A DNA stretch of 64,000 nucleotides, taken from Candidatus Omnitrophota bacterium (GTDB lineage Bacteria > Omnitrophota > Gorgyraeia > S143-82). This document shows positions 8,879 to 18,384 of this stretch, piece by piece (the first letter of the stretch is position 1; every line of letters starts with the position of its first letter). The notes beneath the pieces were generated by a model that did no database searches, was not told where the DNA came from, and worked only from the letters and a program-made list of their open reading frames with translations. Location: the NCBI GenBank assembly GCA_015494465.1, contig WGBD01000001.1:244477-308476 (forward strand). The letters run 5' to 3'. The position numbers and the translations under genes are program-made.

Positions 8879-9481
8879 TTAGCGACTGGAGGCGCCCTTG
8901 CCGATAACCTTGGCCTTTATCTCCTCCAACTGACTGCCTATCATGGCGTCTATCCGGCCCATAGAGGTCTGTATTACGCACCCGCCCCGGGAGACATCCT
9001 CCCGGGGAACGAAGTTGACTTTTGCGGTTATCCCCTGAAGGATGTCGTCTTTCCGCTCGAGGAGAATCGGCTCGTCTTCAGGGGATATGAATATCGTCAT
9101 CTCCTCCACCTCCTTCATACGGGATATCGCAGAGGAGACGATGTTAAGGACCAAGGACCTGTCTGTATCCAAGGCAGTGTTGACTATCTTCTCCGCTATG
9201 GTGAAGGCCAGTTCCACCAGATCCTTCTCCGCCTCGCGATATATCTGCTCCTTGTAGGCCAACAACTCCTCCACGACCGAGCTCAAGGACCGGATCTGCT
9301 CCTCTATCTGGGCAAGGGCCTCCTTCTTGCCCGCCTCAAAACCCTGTTGGTAGGCACGCCGGACTGCCTCTTCCAGACTCTCTTTCGGATCCTTCTCTTC
9401 CTCCCTGGGCAGGGCCGGGTCTTCGGGAGAAAATCGCCTGACCAGTTCTTCCGAACCGGAATGGATGATCCTCTTCCCCAT
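8879..9481 (-). CDS. fliH: flagellar assembly protein FliH
   Basis: 200 aa. The C-terminal GGCVIQTSMGRIDAMIGSQLEEI is typical of FliH. It lies between fliG and fliI. Confidence 0.7.
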   Translation of the reverse strand: MGKRIIHSGSEELVRRFSPEDPALPREEEKDPKESLEEAVRRAYQQGFEAGKKEALAQIEEQIRSLSSVVEELLAYKEQIYREAEKDLVELAFTIAEKIVNTALDTDRSLVLNIVSSAISRMKEVEEMTIFISPEDEPILLERKDDILQGITAKVNFVPREDVSRGGCVIQTSMGRIDAMIGSQLEEIKAKVIGKGASSR

Positions 9482-9484
9482 CCC

Positions 9485-10519
9485 TTACACCACCAACTCG
9501 TCCTCTTTTCCACCCCGACCGGATATCACTATCTCTCCTGCCTCCTCCAGCCTGCGGATTATGGCCACTATCCTCTGCTGGGCCTCCTCCACGGTGCGCA
9601 GCCTCACCGGTCCCATAAACTCCATCTCCTCCTTTATCGCCTCCGCAGCCCGCTTGGACATGTTCTTGAATATCTTCTCCTTCACCGCATCACTGGCACC
9701 CTTAAGGGCAACAGCCAGTTCCTTGGTGTCCACTTCCTTGAGGACCTGCTGGATACCGCGGTCGTTGATGTGGATGATGTCCTCAAAGACGAACATAAGC
9801 TTCCGCACCTCGTCTACCAGCTCCGGCTCGGTCTCCTCCATCGCCTCGAGTATCATCTTCTCCGTGCTCCGGTCCACATAGTTCAGTATCTCCGCGGTGG
9901 TCTTCACCCCTCCGGCAGTGGCGAGTCCTTGTGAAAAGAGGGAGGACAACTTGTGCTCAAGGGTCTTGCCTATGTCCATAACGATGTCCGGTGGGGTCCT
10001 GTCCATGGTGGTGATCCGTCGGGTTACCTCTATCTGCAGTTCCACCGGAAGAGAAGAGAGAATGCTCGCTGCGTACTCGGGCTCGAGATAGGAGAGTATC
10101 AGGGCAATGGTCTGAGGGTGTTCGTTCTGTATGAAGTTCAACAACTGCGAGGGCTCAGTCCGCTTCAGGAACTCAAACGGCGACTCCCCCGCCTTGCCTC
10201 CGACCTTGGCAATCAACTCCTGGGCCTTCTCCGGGCCCAGCGCTGCCTCCAAAAACTTCTGCGCGGTGAGCATGCCCCCCTTGATGAGCCGTCGCTTCTC
10301 CAAAAACCCCTCCCGAAACTCCCGCAGAACCGCATCTATCACCTCCTTGGAGACCGGCCCCAGATTGGCTATCTCCTTGGTGAGGAGTTCCACCTCGTGT
10401 TCGTCGAGGCGCTTAAAGATCTCGGCTGCCTTCTGCTGACCTATGGCCAACAGGAATACCGCTGCCTTCTGACGGGGGGTTAGGGCAGATGGGTCCTTTA
10501 TCACCTCTTCCTGAGGCAT
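9485..10519 (-). CDS. fliG: flagellar motor switch protein FliG
   Basis: 344 aa. LTPRQKAAVFLLAIGQQKAAEIFKRLDEHEVELLTKEIANL and the C-terminal torque helix region are FliG-like. Confidence 0.9.
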   Translation of the reverse strand: MPQEEVIKDPSALTPRQKAAVFLLAIGQQKAAEIFKRLDEHEVELLTKEIANLGPVSKEVIDAVLREFREGFLEKRRLIKGGMLTAQKFLEAALGPEKAQELIAKVGGKAGESPFEFLKRTEPSQLLNFIQNEHPQTIALILSYLEPEYAASILSSLPVELQIEVTRRITTMDRTPPDIVMDIGKTLEHKLSSLFSQGLATAGGVKTTAEILNYVDRSTEKMILEAMEETEPELVDEVRKLMFVFEDIIHINDRGIQQVLKEVDTKELAVALKGASDAVKEKIFKNMSKRAAEAIKEEMEFMGPVRLRTVEEAQQRIVAIIRRLEEAGEIVISGRGGKEDELVV

Positions 10520-11964
10520 CAGGACTCGCCCTCCTCTCCTTCCAGATACTCCCTCACCACATCCGCAGCCAGATCGTAGTTGTCCCCTATCACTTCACCG
10601 ATGTCCGGGGTACGGGGGCGCCGAGGGATCTGAGGCTTGACCTCGCTCACCGGCCTGGGCAGGCTCTGGGAGATGGACTTTATCGTGTTCTGCACGAAGA
10701 TTATCGCTATCAATAAGAGTATGCCCGCACCCGCGTACTTACCCACTTCCAAGGCAAGGGCCAGCATCTGTTCTTGACTCGCCTTCTTCTCTTGCTCTTT
10801 CAAGGCGGTCTTGTCAAACGGTATCTCGTTTATGGTAATGGTATCGCCCCGGGCGGGGTCCAGCCCCACTGCCTGGGCGACGAGGTCCTTGAGTTTGTTC
10901 TTCTCCTCCTCGGAGCGGGGCACATATTCCTTTTTGCCTCCTTTCTCCTCGTACTTCCCGTCCACCACCACCGCCACTGCCAAACGCTTTATGTTACCGG
11001 TAGACTCCACTATCCGGGCAACCGTCTTGCTCACCTCGTAGTTGGTAATCGCGTGCTCCTTTACCCCCTGACCGTCCGCAGAGGGCAGGACCTCTTTGGA
11101 GCTCTCTTCACTCCTGGGCACCAAAGACTCGGGATCGAACTTCTCCTCGGTCTTCTCTATCTTGGTGAAATCCAGATCCGCATTCACCCTCACCAAGGCC
11201 TTACCCGGCCCCAGCACCCCTGCCAGCATAGATGTGGCCTTCTGTTCCAGATACCGCTCCACGCTGCGCTTGACATCCAACTGGGCAGAGGACAGACCCT
11301 CTGCGGTGTCCATACCACCGTAAAGCAGGTCCCCGTAGGAATCTACCACGGTGATGTTCTCGGGTTTCAGCCCCTCCACCGAGCTGGCCACCAGGTGCAC
11401 TATCGCCCTCAACTGGGACTTGCTTAGCCCGGTGCTCGTATCCACCACCACCGATGCGCTCGGGGGTATGCGCTCCTCCTCGAACAACTCCCGCTTGGGC
11501 AGGGCAAGGTGCACCCTCGCACTGCGGATCCCCTTTATCGTGGATATCGTGCGGGCCAGTTCCCCTTCTAAGGCCCGCTTGTAATTGATCTGCTGGAGGT
11601 AATTGGTGGTGGTAAGGGAACTCTTGTCGAATATCTCGTATCCTACGCCCTTGCCCTGAGGCAGACCCTCCGAGGCAAGGGCGATCCTTGCCTGATAGAC
11701 ATACTTGCTCGGGACCATAATCACACTGCCCTTCACCTTCACCGGCACATTCATCTCCGCTAGTTTCTGTTGGATGGCCCCGGCATCTTGGGGATCAAGG
11801 TTTGCGTAGAGCACCGCATAATCCGGCTGGGCCAACCAGACCACCATCGCCACTATTACTATCAAAGAGGAGAAGAACACCAATCCCACGCTCAACTTCT
11901 GGGCAGAGGACATCTTGTTGAAGACGAGCAAGAACTGGCGGAGTATCTTGAGAAAATCACCCAT
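10519..11964 (-). CDS. fliF: flagellar MS-ring protein FliF
   Basis: 481 aa. It has an N-terminal TM segment and the YVYQARIALASEGLPQGKGVGYEIFD and RIPPSASVVVD motifs, followed by a C-terminal TM segment. Confidence 0.9.
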   Translation of the reverse strand: MGDFLKILRQFLLVFNKMSSAQKLSVGLVFFSSLIVIVAMVVWLAQPDYAVLYANLDPQDAGAIQQKLAEMNVPVKVKGSVIMVPSKYVYQARIALASEGLPQGKGVGYEIFDKSSLTTTNYLQQINYKRALEGELARTISTIKGIRSARVHLALPKRELFEEERIPPSASVVVDTSTGLSKSQLRAIVHLVASSVEGLKPENITVVDSYGDLLYGGMDTAEGLSSAQLDVKRSVERYLEQKATSMLAGVLGPGKALVRVNADLDFTKIEKTEEKFDPESLVPRSEESSKEVLPSADGQGVKEHAITNYEVSKTVARIVESTGNIKRLAVAVVVDGKYEEKGGKKEYVPRSEEEKNKLKDLVAQAVGLDPARGDTITINEIPFDKTALKEQEKKASQEQMLALALEVGKYAGAGILLLIAIIFVQNTIKSISQSLPRPVSEVKPQIPRRPRTPDIGEVIGDNYDLAADVVREYLEGEEGES

Positions 11965-12012
11965 AAATCCCGCCTTTACCCCCCTGATACAACGGTTTTA
12001 TTTTCGTTTATA

Positions 12013-12047
12013 ACATTATACCACATAACCAATTACTCACCTAATCG
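12013..12047 (-). promoter_or_regulatory. extended -10 promoter (TGGTATAAT) upstream of fliF
   Basis: The minus strand reads TGGTATAAT (complement of 12015-12023) in the 68-bp fliM(1)-fliF gap, about 50 nt upstream of the fliF ATG. The SD is CAGGGGGGTAAAGG. Confidence 0.45.
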
Positions 12048-12974
12048 GAGCACCTTCCTGCCGTTCTCGTTCTGCCACTTCGCCTTGGAAATCGGCTTGC
12101 TCTCCAGGTAAATGTCCACCTCAGGCACCGCCTTCTTGTCCAACACTATGACATCGCCCACCTTTAACGAGACCACATCCTTGACCTCCAACCTTATCCT
12201 ATCCAGGATCCCCCGCACATTCGAGGGCACGACCAACAGGTTGGAACGCCACCTCCGCTTCAATTCCGGACGACCGGCCTTGCCCGTCTGGCGCTTCAAG
12301 AGCCCCGGTATGAGGGGCTCCAGGAAGTTTATCGGGTAGCAAAGGCTCAGTATACCGTGGGCATCCCCCATCCTCACATCGAAACAGACCAACAGGACCA
12401 GCTCGTTCGGGGCCAACACCTGAGCGAAGTAGGGATTCGACTCCTTCTCCACCACCTTGGGATTCATCTCCGCAACGCCCGACCACATCTGCCGGAACTC
12501 GGAGAGGATCTTATCTATCACCCGGGTGGCGACCGTCCACTCTATCTCGGTCAGTTCCCGGTTCGGTTGGGATATGGGCCGGGCACTGCCCCCCATCAGC
12601 CTGTCTATTATCACCAAGAGGATGCTGGGGTTTATCTCCACCACAATCTTCCCCGGTATCGGAGGGCACTCCACGACATTAAAACAGGTGGCCAGAGGCA
12701 CGGACATCAAGAACTCCTGATAGGTGAGTTGGTCGATGGAGGATATGGAGACATCCAGCATCGAGCGGGTATAGCCCGCTATCGCCAGGGCAAGGTTCCT
12801 GGCAAAACTCTCGTGAAGGGCCCTTAATCGGCGCAGGCCCTCTTTAGGAAAGCGTTCGGGGTTGCGGAAGTCGTATATCCGGGCCTTGCGCTTGCGCAAT
12901 TCCTCAGGAGTGATCTTCTTGCTTTTCGACAATAGCGCGTCTATTTCCTCCTGGGATAGGATCTTGTCTGCCAT
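12033..12974 (-). CDS. fliM: flagellar motor switch protein FliM, full-length paralog with the N-terminal CheY-P binding peptide
   Basis: 313 aa. The N-terminus MADKILSQEEIDALLS contains the canonical LSQxEIDALL CheY-binding motif. A CheC-like middle domain and a C-terminal SpoA/FliN-like domain follow. A GAGGGTG SD sits 9 nt upstream. It starts 4 bp after the GH57 stop. Confidence 0.85.
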   Translation of the reverse strand: MADKILSQEEIDALLSKSKKITPEELRKRKARIYDFRNPERFPKEGLRRLRALHESFARNLALAIAGYTRSMLDVSISSIDQLTYQEFLMSVPLATCFNVVECPPIPGKIVVEINPSILLVIIDRLMGGSARPISQPNRELTEIEWTVATRVIDKILSEFRQMWSGVAEMNPKVVEKESNPYFAQVLAPNELVLLVCFDVRMGDAHGILSLCYPINFLEPLIPGLLKRQTGKAGRPELKRRWRSNLLVVPSNVRGILDRIRLEVKDVVSLKVGDVIVLDKKAVPEVDIYLESKPISKAKWQNENGRKVLRLGE

Positions 12975-12978
12975 AACT

Positions 12979-15378
12979 TCACACCCTCACCCTTATTCGC
13001 CTTCCCAACTCCTCCCACAATACCTTCAGGTCCGGCAATATCTTATCCCGGGCTTCTTTATTGTAATGGATAAACACATTCTGCAGTTCCCAAAGGTTCA
13101 CCTGTATCCTCAACCTCGCGGACAACTCCAACAGCCTCAACAGATCCGCAAGGACTTCCCTATTCACCTCCTCGGAAAGGCGTACGACCAAGCCCTCCAG
13201 TATCCTCTCCAAGGCCTCCTTCACCTGCCCCACCTCAACCGAGCCACCGTAGCCCTCTATCTCCTCGATAACCGCGATTACCTGAGAATAGGTCTCGTCG
13301 TCAAGACTGCCCGAGGCCAGCAACGACTTCAGCCTGCGGTTCAGGACCTGCTGGATGACCAAGGTAAGGGTGAAGGGTAGGGAGTAGTTCAGGGCCCTCA
13401 AGCCTTCAAAGAATATCTGATAGGCGTCAAACAGAGACTCAAATGTCTCCTCAAAGTGGACCAGGGTCTCCTTAACCACCCGATCCAGTATCTTCTGTCT
13501 CTCGTCTATGACCACCACATCCATACCGTAGTAGGAGTGGCCAAAGTAGAGGTCCATCCTGCGAATCAACTCCGTCAGGTTGTGATCCCTGAAGGCAGAG
13601 GATATCCCGTTGATAAACTCACCAAAACCCGCGTCGTCGAATCCCTCCTTGAGCGAACACCTGACATCGTGTGCCCCACTGTAGAAGACCACGAACTCAA
13701 AAGCCCTCTCCTCCTCGGTAGGCAGATGGCCTATCTTCAGCCGACCCACGCTTATCTGGTAGTCGTTGAACGCGTCGCGGTAGAACTCGTCGCTGTCCAC
13801 TGCATAGACATACATCCGCACCGGATTGTCCTCCAGAGGAAGGAAGAGGTTGTATATGGCAAAGTGGGCAGACATCTCCTCTATCCCCCGCCTCCGCACC
13901 TTGGCGAAGTTTTCGTATATCCACGCACCGTCGTGGAACTCCTTTATGTTGCTCTTGGCCTCGGCCAGTATGGACTTTATCTCCTCCTCCACGCCGTCGA
14001 AGCCCAGGTCCTCTAGCAGTTCGATACACCGCACCGCGTAGGTCAGAATCTGGGTGGCCTCAAGGCCGGATATCTCGTCAAAAAACCAGGCACAACTGGT
14101 GAATATGAACAGGGAAAACTTCCCCGCCTCCAGTGCCTTCCATATCCTTACCCGCTCCTCCCGGGAGAGGCTCTTTCCGATCCTCTCCTCCAGCCACTCC
14201 CGGCGCAGGTGCGGTTTCAGCATCACCTGAATGTAATCCTTTAAGAGGGCATCCGGATCCCCGTACTCCCTTAAGACCTCCCCGATGGCCCCGTCGGTTA
14301 TCTCCCGCAAGCGGTCCATCGCCCTGCGCAGGGGCGTGCGCCACTTCTGGTTCCACTCATTACCACCTATCTTGCACCCGCAATCACTGCGCCAGCGCTC
14401 CACCCCGTGGGCACAGCTCCAGGAGGTGTTCTCCCATATCTCCACCTCAAACATCGGCGGGAACTTCGCAAGGAAGACAGAATAGTTGGTAATCTCCACC
14501 TCCGGATGCTCAAGAGCTCGCTTTATCGCGTAGGCAAGACCCATCTCCCCAAACTTGTGGTGGTGCCCGTAGGTCTCCCCGTCAGTGGCCACATTCACTA
14601 GCACCGCCGGCACATCCGAAAACGGCAGGGGCGCATCCGCCACCCCCAACAGTCTCTGAAAAAATGCCTCTCCGCTGTTCAACAGTCCCCCAAAGGCGAT
14701 GTCCTGAGCGATGGGCCCGTCGTAAAAGAACAGGACTATGCTCTTGCCCCCGGGCAACCTGCAGAGATAGGGAAACCGGCAGTCTATTCCGCCCTGAACC
14801 TCTATCCAGCGCTTGCTCCCCAACTTCCTAAAGCGTCTGGCCTGATAAGGCGAGAGTATCGTAAACTTTATACCGTGGTCCGCCAGGACCTCCAGAGTCT
14901 CTGTGTCCACCGCTGTCTCCGACAGCCACATCCCTTCGGGGTCGCGGTGGAAGTGATAGCGAAAGTCCTCTATCGCCCACTTCACCTGTATCTCTTTGTC
15001 CTTCCGGGTGGCCAAGGGCATTATTATGTGGTTGTATATCTGGGCGATGGCATTGCCGTGGCCGTTGTTCCTGTGGACGCTGGCGGTGTCCGCCTCTATT
15101 ATCTTCCTGTAGGTGGCAGGGGAATACCTCTCCAGCCAGCGCATCAGGGTGGGACCGAAGTTGAAACTTATGTACTCGTAGTTGTTCAACAACTCCACGA
15201 TGTACTGCTCCGCATCCAGTATCCTCGCAGCGGTATTCGGAGTGTAACACTCCGCATCCACCCTTTGATTCCAGTCGTGGTAGGGGTAGGCGGAATCCTG
15301 GCGCTCTATCACATCCAGCCAAGGGTTCTCCCTAGGGGGTTGATAAAAGTGGCCGTGAATACAGATGTACTTCTTCAT
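12979..15378 (-). CDS. glycoside hydrolase family 57 protein (alpha-amylase / 4-alpha-glucanotransferase / branching-enzyme family)
   Basis: 799 aa. The N-terminal ICIHGHFYQPPRE box, GMWLSETAV (nucleophile Glu) and ATDGETYGHH (acid/base Asp) are GH57 signatures. There is no signal peptide. Confidence 0.8.
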   Translation of the reverse strand: MKKYICIHGHFYQPPRENPWLDVIERQDSAYPYHDWNQRVDAECYTPNTAARILDAEQYIVELLNNYEYISFNFGPTLMRWLERYSPATYRKIIEADTASVHRNNGHGNAIAQIYNHIIMPLATRKDKEIQVKWAIEDFRYHFHRDPEGMWLSETAVDTETLEVLADHGIKFTILSPYQARRFRKLGSKRWIEVQGGIDCRFPYLCRLPGGKSIVLFFYDGPIAQDIAFGGLLNSGEAFFQRLLGVADAPLPFSDVPAVLVNVATDGETYGHHHKFGEMGLAYAIKRALEHPEVEITNYSVFLAKFPPMFEVEIWENTSWSCAHGVERWRSDCGCKIGGNEWNQKWRTPLRRAMDRLREITDGAIGEVLREYGDPDALLKDYIQVMLKPHLRREWLEERIGKSLSREERVRIWKALEAGKFSLFIFTSCAWFFDEISGLEATQILTYAVRCIELLEDLGFDGVEEEIKSILAEAKSNIKEFHDGAWIYENFAKVRRRGIEEMSAHFAIYNLFLPLEDNPVRMYVYAVDSDEFYRDAFNDYQISVGRLKIGHLPTEEERAFEFVVFYSGAHDVRCSLKEGFDDAGFGEFINGISSAFRDHNLTELIRRMDLYFGHSYYGMDVVVIDERQKILDRVVKETLVHFEETFESLFDAYQIFFEGLRALNYSLPFTLTLVIQQVLNRRLKSLLASGSLDDETYSQVIAVIEEIEGYGGSVEVGQVKEALERILEGLVVRLSEEVNREVLADLLRLLELSARLRIQVNLWELQNVFIHYNKEARDKILPDLKVLWEELGRRIRVRV

Positions 15379-15382
15379 CCCC

Positions 15383-15745
15383 TCAATCCACCTTCTTCAC
15401 ATACACGAAGCGCTCCCTGCGGATGCGCTCACCGTCCTTCCACCAGATAAGTAATTCGTACCTCTTAAGGCCCTTCAACCTGTCCTGATAGGGCAAGTCC
15501 AGATCCGATTCCGCAACCTTCCAGTGATACTTGCCTTCCGTCCCCGACGAGGCAGAGAGCACCCCCCGCTTCAATTCCTCTATCTTCCTCTGGGCTAGTA
15601 GCCCTGCCTGAGTCCACATCTCTGCTCGGGTATTGCCCTTCATCCCGGAGTTGAAGGCAGGCATGAGCCCTATTATCCCTATCACCAGGATCAAACTCGC
15701 AATCAATACCTCTATAAGGCTAAACCCAAGCCTACTCCACTGCAT
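15383..15745 (-). CDS. prepilin-type N-terminal cleavage/methylation domain protein (pseudopilin)
   Basis: 120 aa. GFSLIEVLIASLILVIGIIGLMP is a class-III signal with a conserved Glu at +5. Confidence 0.6.
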   Translation of the reverse strand: MQWSRLGFSLIEVLIASLILVIGIIGLMPAFNSGMKGNTRAEMWTQAGLLAQRKIEELKRGVLSASSGTEGKYHWKVAESDLDLPYQDRLKGLKRYELLIWWKDGERIRRERFVYVKKVD

Positions 15746-16271
15746 TCGCCATCACCTCGTAGGAAAAGACGGAATCGCTCCTATCCCCCTGCCACCTCAA
15801 CACGCACCGCACCGCCTTTGGTAGGTCCGGCCCACAGGTAACCTTCCAACCGTCGTAATAGTAATCCAACCGTGCCCTCTCCAGGCTATCCGTGAGGACC
15901 TCTTCCTCCCCTACCGTGGTGAAGTCGTAGTCCGTGTCCCACTCCACTGCCCGGTAGAACTTGTCCCCCTCGAAACGATAGTGTATCTCCGCCATGTGAA
16001 AGTCATCTCCCCGCTTGCGGGTGCTCAGGAAGACCAGTCTATCTGCCGATCCCTGGCACCTGACGCACATCCCCGTAAGATCTCTATAGAGTACCTCCGA
16101 AATCAATCGGGCCCTCTCCCTTTTCTCCGATCGCTCCAGTCCCCGGGAATAGACGCGGCTGAAACTCCTGAACAACAAATAGGCACTGCTCACGATAAAG
16201 GAAAAGACCGCCACCGCGATGAGCAACTCCACCAAGGTAACACCCAATTTGTCCCGGCACCCGTTAAACAT
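15732..16271 (-). CDS. prepilin-type N-terminal cleavage/methylation domain protein (pseudopilin)
   Basis: 179 aa. GVTLVELLIAVAVFSFIVSSAY is a class-III signal with a Glu at +5. Confidence 0.6.
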   Translation of the reverse strand: MFNGCRDKLGVTLVELLIAVAVFSFIVSSAYLLFRSFSRVYSRGLERSEKRERARLISEVLYRDLTGMCVRCQGSADRLVFLSTRKRGDDFHMAEIHYRFEGDKFYRAVEWDTDYDFTTVGEEEVLTDSLERARLDYYYDGWKVTCGPDLPKAVRCVLRWQGDRSDSVFSYEVMANAVE

Positions 16272-16321
16272 ACATCGCTACCTATTAACATTAGTTTATC
16301 ACAACTACCGTCGCCAAGTAA

Positions 16322-16330
16322 TGGTATACT
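16322..16330 (+). promoter_or_regulatory. possible extended -10 element (TGGTATACT) for mnmG
   Basis: TGGTATACT lies 12 nt upstream of the mnmG ATG, in the 70-bp divergent intergenic region. This would imply a very short leader. Confidence 0.25.
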
Positions 16331-16341
16331 GTTAGGATACC

Positions 16342-18156
16342 ATGGCAACCGGCACGGATGTAGACATAATCGTGGTAGGCGGAGGCCACGCGGGGATAGA
16401 GGCCTGCCTCGCCTGTGCCCGGATGGGATTGGAGACCCTCCTTATAACCCACTCTTTGGACAAGATAGGCGAGATGTCCTGTAACCCCTCCATAGGGGGG
16501 ATAGGCAAGGGACAACTCGTGCGGGAGATAGACGCCCTCGGCGGGGAGATGGCCCGGGCGATAGACGAGACCGGGATACAGTTTCGCATCCTGAACAAGA
16601 GGAAAGGACCCGCAGTACAGGCCCGGCGGGCGCAGGCGGACCGGTTCAGGTACCGCGATTACATGAAACACCGCCTGCTCAATACCGAAAACCTGTTCGT
16701 CTGGCAGGCAGAGGTCACGCGCCTGCTCATCAAGGACAATCGGGTGACGGGGGTTGAGGACTCCTACGGGAGGAAGTTTACCGCTAAGGCGGTGATACTC
16801 GCCACCGGCACATTCATGCACGGGCTCATACACATCGGACCAACCCAGATCCCCGGAGGCAGGCTCACCGATCCCGCCAGTCAGGAACTCCCCGAGCAAC
16901 TGAAGACCTTAGGCCTCAGGATAGAGAGGTTCAAGACCGGCACCTGCCCCCGCTTGGATGCCCGGAGCATAAACTACGAGAGGATGCAAGTCCAATACGG
17001 GGAGGAGCCCGTCCCCTACTTCTCGTTCTACAGCGAAAAAGGCCCTATAGAGCAGGTGCCCTGCTACCTGACCTACACCACCCCAGAGACGCACCGGATA
17101 ATCCAGTCCGCCTTGCCCTTTTCTCCCCTCTACACCGGGGTGATAAAGGCAAGAGGCGTTCGCTACTGCCCCTCCATAGAGGACAAGATAGTGCGCTTTC
17201 CCCATCACGAACGGCACTACATATTCGTAGAGCCCGAAGGGCGACAGACCACCGAGGTCTATCCCAACGGAACCTCCAATTCTCTTCCACTGGAGTTTCA
17301 GGAGAAGATGATACGCTCCATCCCCGGGCTGGAGGAGGCCAAGATACTCAAACCCGGTTACGGCATAGAGCACGACTACATAGACCCCCGCCAGCTCTAT
17401 CCGAGCCTTGAGACCCGCCTCGTAGAGAACCTCTTTACCGCAGGCCAGATAAACGGGACCACCGGCTACGAGGAGGCTGCCTGTCAGGGACTCATCGCCG
17501 GGATAAATGCAACCCTAAAGGTCAGGGGCAAACCGCCCCTCATCTTGCGCAGGGACCAGGCCTACATAGGCGTCCTGATAGACGACCTCACCCGCAAAGG
17601 CACCGACGAGCCCTACCGTATGCTCTCCTCCCGGGTGGAACACAGACTCGCCCTGAGGGAGGACAATGCAGACCTGCGCCTGATGGAGATAGGCTATCAG
17701 TTAGGACTGATAAGTGAAGAGAGGATCCAAAAGAAGCGCGAGAAAGAGAAGGAGATTTCAAGGATTCGGGTGTTCTTTCAGACCCACCGCCTCAACGACG
17801 GTAACACCGTAGAGAAGGCCCTCTCCCAGCCCGGCGTATGGCTAAAGGACCTCTTCCCCGAACCCGAGAAGACGCTAAACTTTGACCCCGAGGCCCTGCG
17901 GGTGGCAGAGGTGGAGGCAAAGTACGCGGGATTCATAGAGCGGGCAAGGCGACAGGCAGAGCGGATCCACCAACTGGACAGGGTAAAGATACCTCCGGAG
18001 ATGGACTACGACGCCATCCCTTCACTGCCCAGAGAGGCCCGGGAGAAACTGAAACAGAGGAGACCCCAGACACTGGGCGAGGCCTACGACATACCCGGGA
18101 TAGGGCTGGACACGATAAACCTGTTGTGGACCCTGATAAAACGAAAGGAGGCCTGA
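16342..18156 (+). CDS. mnmG: tRNA uridine 5-carboxymethylaminomethyl modification enzyme MnmG (GidA)
   Basis: 604 aa. It has the FAD-binding IIVVGGGHAGIEAC and the NPSIGGIGKGQLVREIDALGG, GPRYCPSIEDK and FTAGQINGTTGYEEAA motifs. It is too long for TrmFO. Confidence 0.9.
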   Translation: MATGTDVDIIVVGGGHAGIEACLACARMGLETLLITHSLDKIGEMSCNPSIGGIGKGQLVREIDALGGEMARAIDETGIQFRILNKRKGPAVQARRAQADRFRYRDYMKHRLLNTENLFVWQAEVTRLLIKDNRVTGVEDSYGRKFTAKAVILATGTFMHGLIHIGPTQIPGGRLTDPASQELPEQLKTLGLRIERFKTGTCPRLDARSINYERMQVQYGEEPVPYFSFYSEKGPIEQVPCYLTYTTPETHRIIQSALPFSPLYTGVIKARGVRYCPSIEDKIVRFPHHERHYIFVEPEGRQTTEVYPNGTSNSLPLEFQEKMIRSIPGLEEAKILKPGYGIEHDYIDPRQLYPSLETRLVENLFTAGQINGTTGYEEAACQGLIAGINATLKVRGKPPLILRRDQAYIGVLIDDLTRKGTDEPYRMLSSRVEHRLALREDNADLRLMEIGYQLGLISEERIQKKREKEKEISRIRVFFQTHRLNDGNTVEKALSQPGVWLKDLFPEPEKTLNFDPEALRVAEVEAKYAGFIERARRQAERIHQLDRVKIPPEMDYDAIPSLPREAREKLKQRRPQTLGEAYDIPGIGLDTINLLWTLIKRKEA

Positions 18157-18157
18157 G

Positions 18158-18313
18158 ATGCTGTTCCTGTTAGGGATTGTCTCACCGCTATTGTCCATCG
18201 TGATCGGCGTGCTGATCTTGATATTCCCCCAACTGCTCAACTACCTGGTGGCAATATACCTCATCCTGTCGGGGATAATCGGCCTTTTGATGCGCAATGC
18301 ACTGATGTATTGA
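18158..18313 (+). CDS. small two-helix membrane protein (DUF3096-like); not in the ORF track because it is under 60 aa
   Basis: The ATG lies 8 nt after a perfect AAAGGAGG. The 51-aa product MLFLLGIVSPLLSIVIGVLILIFPQLLNYLVAIYLILSGIIGLLMRNALMY is two hydrophobic helices. The start overlaps the mnmG stop (TGAGATG). Confidence 0.5.
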   Translation: MLFLLGIVSPLLSIVIGVLILIFPQLLNYLVAIYLILSGIIGLLMRNALMY

Positions 18314-18384
18314 TCTGAACAATATAATTCACGAGATCCTGATAAAATTAGCTATTTCGAGGGCAATCTATCCTCTGGAACATC

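Noticed and set aside
7780-8907. Plus-strand ORFs (128, 280 and 191 aa) across fliI and fliH
   Set aside because: They are antisense to strongly conserved FliI and FliH coding sequence. Their translations are P/R/S/H-rich low-complexity, typical of shadow ORFs in GC-rich genes.
8890-8910. Sigma-28-like GCCGATAA string
   Set aside because: It is on the wrong strand relative to the local genes and lies inside fliH coding sequence. There is no TAAA at -35 spacing.
9347-11427. Several plus-strand ORFs (195, 176 and 217 aa) overlapping fliG and fliF
   Set aside because: They overlap conserved genes on the opposite strand and have L/H/R/P-rich compositions. There are no ribosome-binding sites at their starts.
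16291-16899. 202-aa minus-strand ORF at the 5' end of mnmG
   Set aside because: It is fully inside the well-conserved mnmG N-terminal FAD-binding region on the opposite strand and has G/P/R-rich junk composition.
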